A DNA stretch of 51,348 nt from Octopus sinensis (GCF_006345805.1 NW_021834960.1:1-51348); one strand, 5' to 3'. Numbered from the stretch's first letter, positions 11,420 through 23,860 are shown. A program made the numbers and translations. Notes: generated by a model from the sequence alone, not told the origin.

Positions 11420-11575
11420 TTATCCTTCAATAGGCACAGGACCAGAAATTTTGGGAGAGGGGTCTAGTGTTCAACCGTTTCTTATTTCATCAACCCTAAA
11501 AAGATGGAAGACAAGGCGACCTCAGTGGAATGCCTCTAGACATTTTGTCCGGCGCAGTAACGATTCTCCAGCCTG
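11420..11575 (-). mobile_element. SINE family B, degenerate
   Basis: Tail AGGCACAGGACCAGAAATTTTGGG plus head remnant CATTTTGTCCGGCG...AACGATTCT. Confidence 0.65.
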
Positions 11576-11658
11576 TTTGCTCGTGTTGATATCGATCATG
11601 GTTTATCGATACGCTAAGCAGAATTCTGCCATTCTTTTTAATATAAATGCTGATATTC

Positions 11659-11840
11659 GGCCGCGAGATGGCAGAATCGATAGCACGCCGGGGAAGGGGG
11701 GTGTTTAGCGGTTTTTCGTCCGTCTTTTCGTTCTGAGTTCAAATTCTGACGAGGTTCACTTTACCTTTCAACCTTTCTGGGTCGATAAGTTGAACAGAAG
11801 CACCCGGAATTGCTGGCCCTGCGCCAAAATTTGAAATCAA
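11659..11840 (+). mobile_element. SINE family B
   Basis: GAGATGGCAGAATCGATAGCACGCCGG...TTCTGAGTTCAAATTC (A/B-box-like). Confidence 0.75.
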
Positions 11841-11984
11841 TATAAATGTTGGTCTGTATACACACGAACACGCGCGCATCAAGTAAATAAATACAAGCGT
11901 TGATATAAAACGATTCCTAAAAACGAAACACTCGGAAGCGTCAAGAAAATGAAGGAAAATGTATGTACGTGTGTGGGGGGTTAA

Positions 11985-12167
11985 GAATCTTAGTTCACAA
12001 CCACGTGGTCTGGGGTTCGGTTCCACTGTGCGGTACCGTGGTTAACATCTTTTAGTATTCCTGGGTCAAGCAAAGAAAATTCGCGTGAATTTGGTAAACG
12101 GAAAATGTAACAAACCTTGTCGGGTGTGACTATGTATCTTTGGTATAGGTTCGTATGAACGCTGTTT

Positions 12168-12207
<40 letters not shown>

Positions 12208-12425
12208 TGTGTGTATGCGTCTGCGAGTGTTGTGCTTGTTTGATTGGTTGATAACCGGGAGTGGTTAGTTTGCATCCCTCTTAATTAGCGGTTCCGTAAA
12301 AAGGTTAACGACAGAATTAAGTACCTAACTTCAAACATATTACAGGGGTAGGTTTAGCTGATGAAACCCTTCAAAGCAGTGGTTTAGCATGGCCGCATTC
12401 CGATGAGTGAAGTAGAACCGGAATA
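11985..12425 (+). mobile_element. SINE family A, diverged
   Basis: The head, central (GT)n and GCATGGCCGCA tail are recognisable. Confidence 0.6.
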
Positions 12426-12498
12426 AGAGATTTACACACACACACATATGTACATATACATATAAAAAAATACACACACACACACACACATATATATA

Positions 12499-12690
12499 GC
12501 GGTGAGCTGGCAGAAACGTTAGCGCGCCGGGCGAAATGCTTAGCGGTATTTCGTCTGTCGTTAGGTTCTGAGTTCAAATTCTGCCGAGGTCGACTTTGCC
12601 TTTCATCCTCTCGGGTCGATAAATAAAGTACAGTAATCGACTTAATCTGTTTGTCCCCTCTATGTTTAGCCCCTTGTGGGTAGTAAAGAT
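12499..12690 (+). mobile_element. SINE family B
   Basis: GGTGAGCTGGCAGAAACGTTAGCGCGCCGGGCGAAATGCTTAGCGG...GAGGTCGACTTTGCCTTTCATCC. Confidence 0.85.
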
Positions 12691-12777
12691 ATATATATAT
12701 ATAATATATATATTATATATATATATACACACATACATGCGTACATATAAACATGTCATAAATATGTGTGTGTGTTG

Positions 12778-12825
<48 letters not shown>

Positions 12826-13386
12826 GTGTGTGCAGACACAAACATCTCTCTCTCTCTCTCCACACACACACTGTTAATAAATATGATATATTTACCTGAG
12901 AAGGTGGCCGCATATATTATATAGACAACAACGCTATATACCCGTAATCCATTCATGGAAATATAGCGGCTGTATATACACATAGACATACATATAGGCA
13001 GCTATATATAGTTATATATGTATCCTTTCCGTATATTGAACATGTGGAGTCATTGACTGATCGGACGGGTTTGCATAGGTAAACACCTCATCTGCAACTG
13101 GAGTTGCCCCTTTTTAAATTGACGGGGATATTTGTGTGTGTGTGGAAGGATAGAGAGATGTGTGTGTGTTACGGTTGTATATACATCTTAATTTAAACTA
13201 TTATATACTTCTGTAATTTGTGTCTGTGTGAGTACGTGTGCGTGATGTGTGTATATGTGAAAGTGCGTGTATATATGTGTGTGTGTGTGTGTATTTGCAC
13301 GCGTGTGTATATGTATGTGTGTGTGTTTTTGTATGTATTTGCGTGTGTGGGAGTGTATTCAAAAAAGTAGAAGCACTTGCAAAAAC

Positions 13387-13420
<34 letters not shown>

Positions 13421-13930
13421 CAACAACAGCAACAATGAATAGGCCCCATAATAACAACAATAGAATCAGCGGCAATAGCAATATGTATATCCATCTGGTG
13501 GTGGTGGTCCCTTTAAGGGAATCAGAGGAGTAGCGGTGGGTGTGAGGGTCGTGTAGCTGACGCCTGTCAACAGCAGCAGACTTTCTACATCCGTAGAGAA
13601 AGGAAGGTTTTCAACAGACTGCCAGATTGTGTTAGTCAGGCAGACGGACAGACACACAGACAGACAGACAGACAGCAAAATAGCCAGCCAGACACACAGA
13701 CAGAGGAAGGAAGGGTAGGGAAATAGTGGAGGAGGGGAGGGGTGGGGGGAAGAGTGTGTGTATATTAGGGAGTAGGACAAGTGGAGTTGTTGGAGGCGGT
13801 GGCGTGGCTTTTTCGTCCTTCGTTCAGATTGGCGGAAAAAGCAGAGGTTTCTGGCGTGTATATAACATACATATAGATGCGTGTGTGTGTATACATACAC
13901 ACACACACACATATACATATAAACATGTAT

Positions 13931-13962
<32 letters not shown>

Positions 13963-14062
13963 TGTTGTATTTGGGGACGGTCATCTTGCCAATGAAAACA
14001 CACGCACTATTTATTTGGTGTTCGCTTGCTTCTGCTGTATTTCATACTTTATTAATGTAATT

Positions 14063-14105
<43 letters not shown>

Positions 14106-14526
14106 CTCTTACTCTCTTTTTACTCTTTTACTTGTTTCAGTCATTTGACTGCGGCCATGCTGGAGCACCGCCTTAAGTCGAGCAAATCGACCCCGGGACT
14201 TATTCTTTGTAAGCCCAGTACTTATTCTATCGGTCTCTTTTGCCGAACCGCTAGCTGACGGGGACGTAAACACACCAGCATCGGTTGTCAAGCAATGCTA
14301 GGGGGACAAACACAGACACACAAACATATACACACACACATACATATATATACATATATATACGACAGGCTTCTTTCAGTTTCCGTCTACCAAATCCACT
14401 CACAAGGCATTGGTCGGCCCGGGGCTATAGTAGAAGACACTTGCCCAAGATGTCACGCAGTGGGACTGAACCCGGAACCATGTGGTTGGTTAGCAAGCTA
14501 CTTACCACACAGCCACTCCTGCGCCT
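14106..14526 (-). mobile_element. SINE family A, full length, inserted in (TA)n
   Basis: Collinear with the consensus; TA repeats on both sides. Confidence 0.9.
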
Positions 14527-15262
14527 ATATATATATACATACATATATATACATAAATATACATACATAAATATATATATACATAAATATACATATATAT
14601 ATACATACATATACACATACACACATATACATATATATGCATACATAATAATAAGGGTAAAATTAATTAATTAGTAATTAATAATTTTACCAAGCAGTGT
14701 TCAGTATGTAAAAGGACCATTTACGGTATATTTAAACATTACTTTATATAATTAGGGTTCAGCAAAAAAATTTACTTTATATATACATATACATACTTTA
14801 CTTTATACATACATATATATGCATACATACACACACACATATATACATACACACATACATACATATATAGACATACATACATGGCTGAAAACCAGTACAG
14901 CAATATAAGAAAAGAATATACATGCATACACACATATCTTATTCATACATCTGAGCGCGTGCGTGTGCGTATATATATATATATTTCGTTTTTGCATTTG
15001 GTTTGCAAGATTCTTTATGTGAATTCGTGTGTTGAAGCATATTTTATTGTCTGGGGAGGGTCGTTCTGTTTCAACGCCTCATTCATTAACACACTCACCG
15101 GTTCGATTTCCACTCATTTTCTTATTTATTTTTTTCTAACATTTTCGTTGCATCTTGCAACCTCTTCAATAGTCATTGATTCTGTTCGATTCTTTTCTTC
15201 GCGAGCATGTGTGCGTCAGTGTGCATGTGTAAACGTGTATGTATGTATGTATGTATGTAAAG

Positions 15263-16415
15263 TTAATCCAAACATGAAAGCACAAAAAAACACAACAACG
15301 CGAGGACGTGGGACAAATATAGTATTATTGGACGCTCAGGAAAGAAGGAGGGTTTAACGTTTCGAGCGGAGCTCTTCGTCGGAAACATAGGAGAACGAAA
15401 GATCCAGAGAAGGGAAGACAGAGGAAAAAAATCGCCAACGGTACACACGCGGTCAAAGTTGGTAACAAAAACAGCGAAGGCACATCTTGTCGTAATTGCT
15501 CGAAATGTGGAGTAGATAAACAGCAGACAACTGATGAAGGGTCGTTCTTTATGTTACTTGTCTTGTTTTCCATTTGTTTCTTTCGTTGTTCGCATAAAAA
15601 AGTTCGTATTCCAGGTTTTCGTATTTCATGTTGTTTACATTTTATGACGTCCTGTACCCATATTTATGTGTGTGTGTGTGCATATGCATGCGTGTGTGTG
15701 TATGCATATGTGTGTGTATGTATGTATATATTTATTCTGCATATCCATGTGTTTATGTTCACGTTTGAGTTTGTGTGTGTGTATATCTGTGTGTGTACTT
15801 GTCTATGTACCTGTCTATCTCCTTATTTATCTGTTTACTTACATATCCATTTACACACTCATAACAGCCTACAAACAAATCTACTTGTGTTTGTATAAAC
15901 TGTGGGTATTGGAGTATCACTACCTTCTACGTATATCTCCTATTTAGTACTGGGGATGTTTCATTTACGAGGACGTACTCCTGTATTTGTCTGAGTGTTG
16001 GGTCCTGTGGGTGTTTGGATAAAATGCGGATGTCAAGTCAACCTAGTGTGCTACCATATTCGTCTTTGGCCTGTTGTATGGAGGACTGTTTTTTGTCGTC
16101 ATATTGGCTCAAATGTGCATTTAATCTCTCCGCAATGCTCCGCAGTGCCTTCGAGAAAACTGTTGCTCCCGTAAAGCAAATTAAAATTTGGGATTTGCGG
16201 AGGGTCAAAGTTGGTAACAAAAACAGCGAAGGCACATCTTGTCGTAATTGCTCGAAATGTGGAGTAGATAAACAGCAGACAACTGATGAAGGGTCGTTCT
16301 TTATGTTACTTGTCTTGTTTTCCATTTGTTTCTTTCGTTGTTCGCATAAAAAAGTTCGTATTCCAGGTTTTCGTATTTCATGTTGTTTACATTTTATGAC
16401 GTCCTGTACCCATAT
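15263..16415 (-). mobile_element. Penelope-like element (PLE) remnant: repeated 213-bp segment, GIY-YIG-like endonuclease C-terminus, and HHR module
   Basis: Exact direct repeat at 15451-15663 and 16203-16415. Minus frame 16146-15927 reads 'RSIAERLNAHLSQY...*LDIRILSKHPQDPTLRQIQEYVLVNETSPVLN', resembling the R..ER..EH / IL..R..E..I..P.LN pattern of PLE GIY-YIG ends. HHR at 15352-15386. No reverse transcriptase is seen. Confidence 0.65.
15352..15386 (-). ncRNA. Minimal type-I hammerhead ribozyme (family 1, U4C variant)
   Basis: Reverse complement is GTTT-CCGACGA-A-GAGC(TCC)GCTC-GAAA-CG-TT-AAAC, with palindromic helix III ACGT. Confidence 0.75.
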
Positions 16416-16863
16416 ATGCGTACATATATACATTTATATGTAAGTATGTACATGCATGTATGTACATATATGTATGTACATGTACATATATATATATATA
16501 TACATTATTATATGATTGAACGCCACGCATCCATTTCCAAGAAAGTTTATCTTAATGATTCCGATACGACTTTATCTTGTACTGTTCTCTTTCCCTCTCC
16601 CTTTTCGCTTCCCCTCTTTTCCTTTCTCTAATTCTTTTTATCTCCCTTTCTCCCCCCCTTCATTTTTTTCTCTTTCATCCTTTCTCTATTTTCCTCTCTC
16701 CTTCACCGTTCTCTATCTGTCCCTATCTCTTTCTCACTCTTCCCCCTTTACTCTCTCGTTGCTCACACGTGACCATCGACCATCTTTCTTTTCCTAACTT
16801 GAGCTTCTTTCTTTCCTTATTTATATTATTATATGACTGAACACGACGCATCCATTTCCAAGT

Positions 16864-16912
16864 AACGACCCTTCATCAGCTGTCGGCTATTTACTCCTCA
16901 TTTCGAGCATTC
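16864..16912 (+). mobile_element. Short PLE fragment in the opposite orientation to 15451-15663
   Basis: AACGACCCTTCATCAGCTGTCGGCTATTTACTCCTCATTTCGAGCA matches the reverse complement of 15498-15547. Confidence 0.6.
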
Positions 16913-17095
16913 AACGAGATTTATCATAATTATACATATAATTATCATAATACATATATCATAACTATAAGATCAAACCTTATAACCGATCACAGTGTAT
17001 TGGTTAAAAAATTAGTCTGATATTGGGACATGTAAGTACTAGGCGGAAAAAAGTGATTTTTTTTGCCTGTCTGGACACTTGTATGTATGTATGTA

Positions 17096-17166
<71 letters not shown>

Positions 17167-17299
17167 ATGAATAAATGCGTGTGCGTGGTGTTAGCGAGGA
17201 CAAAAACATTCTCTTAACACCCAATTGCCATCATTCACAACTGCCAGTTTGTCGACGCGTATTTGTGTCACTGTGTGCATGGGCCTGCAAGTGTGTGTG

Positions 17300-18812
17300 C
17301 GTGAGTCTATATACATACATACATACATATATACATTTATACATACAGATACATACATACATAGTTATACATACATACATACATACATACATACATGCAT
17401 GTGATTTACCATACATACATACATACATACATACATAATACATACATACATACATACATACATTACATACATACATTTATACATACATACATACATACAT
17501 ACCATACACATCATTTATACATACATACATACATTTATACATACATGCATACATTTATACATACATGCATACATTTATACATACATACATACATTTAATA
17601 CATACATACATACATACATACATACATACATACATACAAAATTATAATACATGCATACTTTATACATACATACATACATTTATACATACATAATACATAC
17701 ATACATACATACATACATTTATACATACATACATACATTTATACATACATGCATACATTTATACATACATACATACATTTATACATACATACATACATAC
17801 ATACATACATACATACATTTATACATACATACATACATTTATACATACATGCATACATTTATACATACATACATACATTTATACATACATACATACATAC
17901 ATACATACATACATTCATACATACATACATACATTCATACATACATACATACATTTATACATACATGCAACATTATACATACATGCATACATTTATACAT
18001 ACATACATACATTTATACATACATACATACATTTATACATACATACATACATTTATACATACATACATACATTTATACATACATACATACATTTATACAT
18101 ACATACATACATGCATACATTTATACATACATGCATACATTTATACATACATACATACATTTATACATACATACATACATTTATACATACATACATACAT
18201 TTATACATACATACATACATACATACATTTATACATACATGCATACATTTATACATACATACATACATTTATACATACATACATACATTTATACATACAT
18301 AACATACATTTATACATACATACATACATGCATACATTTATACATACATACATACATTTATACATACATGCATACATTTATACATACATACATACATTTA
18401 TACATACATACATACATTTATACATACATACATACATTTATACATACATACATACATGCATACATTTATACATACATGCATACATTTATACATACATACA
18501 TACATTTATACATACATACATACATTTATACATACATACATACATTTATACATACATACATACATTTATACATACATACATACATGCATACATTTATACA
18601 TACATGCATACATTTATACATACATACATACATTTATACATACATGCATACATTTATACATACATGCATACATTTATACATACATACATACATTTATACA
18701 TACATGCATACATTTATACATACATACATACATTTATACATACATACATACATTTATACATACATACATACATTTATACATACATACATACATACATACA
18801 TTTATACATACC
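17300..18812. repeat. ~1.5-kb (TACA)n-based satellite with TTTA and TGCA variant units
   Basis: Recurrent 12-16-bp words TACATACATACATTTA and TACATGCATACATTTA. Confidence 0.95.
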
Positions 18813-18937
18813 TGTTATATTTCTTAGACCTTTGTTAAGTATTTGAGAGATTTTTGTAAAGAGACTGTTTCCTAACAGAAAGTGTGTATGCGTGTCTGAC
18901 ATACATATATAATGCATACACACACACACATCTATCT

Positions 18938-19114
18938 TTTAACTTTTACTTGCTTGTCATTTTTAGGTTGCGGCCATACTGGAGTACCGCCTTGAAGAAT
19001 TTTTAGGCGAATGAATCAACCTTAGTACTTATTATATCGGTCAACTTTTGTCGAACTGGGACGTAAACACAGCAACACCGGTTGTCAGGTACTGGTGGGA
19101 GACAAACGCGCGCG

Positions 19115-19151
<37 letters not shown>

Positions 19152-19240
19152 GACAGGCTTCTTTCAGTTTCCGTCAATCAAATCTAGTCACAAGGCTTTA
19201 GTTGGCCTGAGGCTATAGTAGAAGACACTTGCCCAAGGTG
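18938..19240 (-). mobile_element. SINE family A, 5'-truncated
   Basis: Collinear from the tail to CACTTGCCCAAGGTG. Confidence 0.8.
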
Positions 19241-19822
19241 AAAGAAAAATCAAACAGTACTTGAACTCTGTATGTGTGTGTGTGTGTGCATACGTATACA
19301 TTTAAATGAGTGGCTCAGTCTGTATGGAACTCGGTTTTCTATACTTTGGTCACAGTGCGCTTCCTTCCTTCTTAAGTGTATCTGTTTGTGTGTGTGTGTG
19401 TGTGTGTTTATGTATTTGTAAATGCGCATGTCTGTAATTCTATTTTCTATGTATCTTTCTAAATAAACATACATATATACACTCACTCAAATATTATATA
19501 AATATATTTTACACAAACACACTTATACACACACACACACACACACACACACATCCCTCCCTTTTACACGCACACATACTCACACAGAGTTGAAGCGCTG
19601 TTTGATTTTTGCTTCGCACTTGACTGTTCACCATCCCACTTCCATTCTCATTCATATGTTGTGACGGAGAAATACACAATGAGTATTATCATCATCATCA
19701 ATAATATTAATACGATTTTTGCTTTTGTATGTACCTGTAGTGTGCGTCACATTTCAAAGAAATAGCAAAGCGAGAGAGAGAGGAGGACAGAGAGGAAGAG
19801 AGAGAGAAAGAGTGGGAGAGGA

Positions 19823-19856
<34 letters not shown>

Positions 19857-20139
19857 TGAGAGAGAAAGGGAGAGTGAGAGAAAAAGAGAGAGTGAAAGAG
19901 ACAGTGAGTGGTGACGGAGTTCGTATTGTGTTTTTAAATGTTTATCACATCGCAAGAGAAGTAGATACGTAGATACATATACACATTGTTAAATCAAAAG
20001 CAGGAGAGAAGAGGGACACAAAGGAAGTGAAAGAGACAGAGAGAAAGTGGGAGAGACAGCAGATACATAAATCCAAAGAAAAGTTGATAATACACACAGC
20101 AAATATTGGACGTCAGTTTCACTTTTCATTACCACACGA

Positions 20140-20262
20140 GGATAAAATTAACACACAAATGGCTGAGTACTCCACAGACATGCATAACATTAACGTAGTT
20201 CTCAGGGAGATTCAGCCTCACACAGAATATGACAAGGCTGGTCCCATTGAATTACAGCTACA
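20140..20262 (-). mobile_element. SINE family C fragment
   Basis: TGGCTGAGTACTCCACAGAC...TTGAATTACAG is homologous to 42390-42460. Confidence 0.6.
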
Positions 20263-20564
20263 ACGCTGTATATATGTATATATGAATGTATTTGTTTGTG
20301 TATAGTATAGGTTTACTTAAAACATGTTTGCAATAATAAGTGTCGTGTGGTGAAATAAACGCAATTACCAAACTTTCATTCATAAATCCATTTATTATTT
20401 CGTTCTTTTGCATTTCAATTTGTACATTAAGGTTCCTTTACAATGTATTTTAAGGTTAAATAGTAATTCCGTTTACGTTTGTGTAACTGAGTTATTTTGG
20501 TTGGATTATACAATCATTGGTGTTACATTACTTTCTATATTCTATAACTGTCATAATATACTTT

Positions 20565-20710
20565 TCTAGGCCTGGATTTTTTGTGGGGAGGAGGGACAGT
20601 TGATTACATCGACGCCAGTACACAACCGATACTTGATTTATCGACCCCGAAAGGACGAAAGGCAAAGTCGATCTCGGCAGAATTTGAACTTAGAACGTAA
20701 AGACAGACGG
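20565..20710 (-). mobile_element. SINE family B, 3' part
   Basis: GATTACATCGAC...ATCGACCCCGAAAGGACGAAAGGCAAAGTCGA. Confidence 0.8.
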
Positions 20711-20924
20711 TTATAATATACAAAAATTTCTCATGGCACTGTTTACAGATGCTTACATTTTTAAGGTATTAGATTGACGCTCTCTTTTCCACTTCCCCTC
20801 TCTCATTGCTATTACTTTCTCTCACTACCTTTCAGTCATGGCTACTACTCTCACTACATCTCCTTAACTGAATTACTATTTTTTCTCCTCTCTCTTTACC
20901 ATTCACTCCTATTCGTGATTTTGG

Positions 20925-20964
<40 letters not shown>

Positions 20965-21024
20965 CACACACACACAATTATATAAAAACACTAGGCTCAT
21001 TATTATATTAGGAGATATGGTGGG

Positions 21025-21212
21025 GGTGTTTCCCACCACCGCTTGACAGCCGGTGTTGGTGTGTTTATGTTCCCGTAAACTAAAGGTTCGTTAAGACCAA
21101 TAGAATAAGTTGCAGGTTTTAAAGACTAGGACTGGGGTCGACTAATTTGATTAGCAATATTTCCTGGCAGTGCCCCAGCATGGCCGCAGTCTAATGACTG
21201 AAAACAAGTAAG
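21025..21212 (+). mobile_element. SINE family A, 3' half
   Basis: CACCGCTTGACAGCCGGTG...CCCAGCATGGCCGCAGTCTAATGACTGAAA. Confidence 0.8.
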
Positions 21213-21224
21213 GAAAAAAGATAT

Positions 21225-21345
21225 TCCAGCTGTGACCATTCCATATGCTATTTCTAGTTGTGTCTAGGACTTTATTATAGTATATTAGTTAGTATTAGTG
21301 GTTTATGATCAAACATATTCCAATTGTGACCCTCCAGTCCTACAC
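21225..21345 (+). repeat. ~150-bp repeat family, 1-2 degenerate units
   Basis: GATATTCCAGCTGTGACCAT...TCTAGGAC. Confidence 0.6.
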
Positions 21346-21779
21346 ATCTGGGATTCCACTTCTTTAAGCTGTCCCTTATGTAAAAACAAACAAGGTGTGT
21401 GCAGTAATTCGAGGGAGAGTATACTTGCTATTTCTAACAGTTTAATCAGACCAACTACAAGTCTGTTATTTCCTCTGCTCGTACTCCCCTCCTCCTCTCC
21501 ATCTCACTCTCTTTGCGTCCCTTTTTTTACCTCACCTATTTTTGTCCCCTATTTTGCAGATTGAAGCCTTAAAAATTGATTTGACAGTTCCTATTAAGGA
21601 GAGAGAGAAAGACACACACACACACAGCGAAGGAGAGTAGAGGGAGAAAGACAGACAGTAAGAGACAGAGAAAGAGGTAGACAGAAACAGAGAGATACAC
21701 AGACAGAGAGAGACCGACGCACAGAGAGACAACCAGACAGACGGAGAGAAAGAGAGAGAGAGACAGAGAGAGTCAGCCA

Positions 21780-22030
21780 GGCAGAGGGACGCGCGCGTGC
21801 GCACACACATACAGAGTCAGAGAGAGGGAGAGAAAAAGAGAAAGAGCGATGTATGTGCTTATTAGCGTGTGTGCGTATGTGCTGGCGCGTGTGTCTATGT
21901 AAACGAGGTGAGCTTGGGAGTGCGGAGCAAGGTGTGGCTCTCTCCGCGAGGTGTGACGTAGTCTCGAGGTGTGACGCCGCGCCACCGCCACCGCGCCACC
22001 GCCGCCGCCGTCGCCAAGCAAAACGGGAAT
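21780..22030. promoter_or_regulatory. CpG-rich non-repeat island with clustered AGGTG(TGA) motifs; candidate promoter/enhancer
   Basis: CpG-dense. AGGTG occurs at 21906, 21930, 21949 and 21967, and CGAGGTGTGACG occurs twice. A (GA)n tract lies on the left. Confidence 0.35.
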
Positions 22031-22357
22031 GATGTCTGTAACATTTCCAAAACGTTTTGACACTTTTCCATTGTTTGTTTAGAATACAAAATACAGAGGG
22101 TGGCGCTGGGTGGAAGCGATTATTTAGAATTAAAAAAAATAAGCGGTGGGAGGGTGGGGTTGGCTACGATGAGGTGATAGGGGTGGTGGTGACGGGTGGA
22201 GGTGGAGTGGAAAGAAAGGTTCCTTTGCGAGGGGGTGAGGTGTTGTAAGGGGTTAATTTTCATGCCAAGGTGAATGAGGCTGTAAACGAGCAATGGAGAA
22301 GGCGGTGGTGGTGGTGACGGTGATTGGTATAAAAGTAAGTGGGGAGGGGGTATTTAA

Positions 22358-22700
22358 CTTGTCAGACTGAGACCATGCTGGAGCACTGTCTGCAAGAATT
22401 TTAAATCGAATGGATTGAGCCCCAATACCTTTTTTTTTTAAGTCTGGTATTTAGTCTGTTGATCTCTTTTGCTGAACTGTTTAGTTATGGGGATGTAAAT
22501 AAACCAACACCGTATTGTCAAGCGGTAGTGGGACACACACTCACACAAGGCTTATTTCAGTTTCCGTCTACCAATCCAATCACAAGGCTTTGGTCGGCCT
22601 GAGGCTATAGTTGAAGACACTTGCCCAAGATGCCATGCAGTGGGACTGAACCTGGAACCATGTGGTTGGTAAGCAAGCTTAACATACAGCCACGACTTCT
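22358..22700 (-). mobile_element. SINE family A
   Basis: Collinear with the consensus; head at ~22698. Confidence 0.8.
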
Positions 22701-22742
22701 CACACACACACACCACACACACACACACACCACACACACAAT

Positions 22743-22921
22743 AGGCGTAGTCGTAGCTGTGTGGTAAGAAGCTTGCTTCCTAACCACATGGTTCCGGGTT
22801 CAGTCCCGCTGTGTGGCACCATGGGCATGTGTCTTCTACTATAGCTTCGGGCGGACGAAAGCTTTGTGAGTGGAGTAGATTTGGTAGACGGAAACTGAAA
22901 GAAGCCCGTCATATATATGTC

Positions 22922-22980
<59 letters not shown>

Positions 22981-23175
22981 TGTGTGTGTTTGTCCTCCGC
23001 CATCAATTGACAAGCGATGCTGGTGTGTTTGTACCTGTAACTTAGCGGTTCGGCAAATCCGACCGATGGAATAAGTACTAAGCACACAAGAAGTCCTGGA
23101 GTCGATTTTTTCGGCTAAAAACCCTCATAGGCCGTACTCCAGCATGGCCACAGTCAAATGACTGAAACGCATAAA
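22743..23175 (+). mobile_element. SINE family A, full length, head-to-head with the previous copy
   Basis: AGGCGTAGTCGTAGCTGTGTGGTAAG head, central (GT)n, tail GACTGAAAC. Confidence 0.85.
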
Positions 23176-23262
23176 AACGAATATATATGTAATGCCAACA
23201 AGCTTTATTCCAGCACCATTGCCTCCACCACTCAACCAGCCAGCAGCCACACGTGTGTATGT

Positions 23263-23310
<48 letters not shown>

Positions 23311-23489
23311 AATAGTGTCTGTCTGGTGGAAAGGTGGTGTGGGTAGTGGCAGGGGTGTCAGTGTGTATTTTTTCAATAAAATTATGAGTGATATCCGGTT
23401 GTATTATAACGTTTCAACGGAAGGTGTCGGTGCGGTGGAGGCGGCGGGAGTGGTGGCGCTGGGGATGAGGAGGCTGTATTGATTATTAT

Positions 23490-23860
23490 ATTTTGTGTTT
23501 ACTGTCGTGATGGGGATGCTGACGATTATGGCGACGATAATGATGGTGATGATAGCGGTGATGAAAGGTGATGTCGATGACGACAACGGCAATGATGATG
23601 GTGGTGTGATGATGACGACAATGACGATGGTGATAACGACAATGTTGACGACGACGATGATGATGATGGTGATAATGATGACGATGATGATGGTGGTGGT
23701 GATGACGATGATGACGATGATGATGATAATGATGATGAAGATGATGGTGGTGGTGATGATGATGAAGATGATGAGGATGCTGATGATGGTGGTGATGATG
23801 ATGATGCTGGTGAGGATGATGATGGTGATGATGATGGTGGTAACGACGATAGCTAAAATA
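23490..23860. repeat. Compound (GAT/GAC/GGT)n trinucleotide array
   Basis: Seen directly. Confidence 0.9.

Noticed and set aside
13466-13984. 172-aa minus-strand ORF
   Set aside because: It is largely built from (GT)n and (CTGT)n repeats, with no recognisable domain.
17651-18846. 395-aa and 365-aa ORFs (HTYI repeats), and the other IY/HT/CV-rich ORFs in the track
   Set aside because: They are translations of (TACA)n, (TA)n and (CA)n microsatellites that lack stops in some frames.
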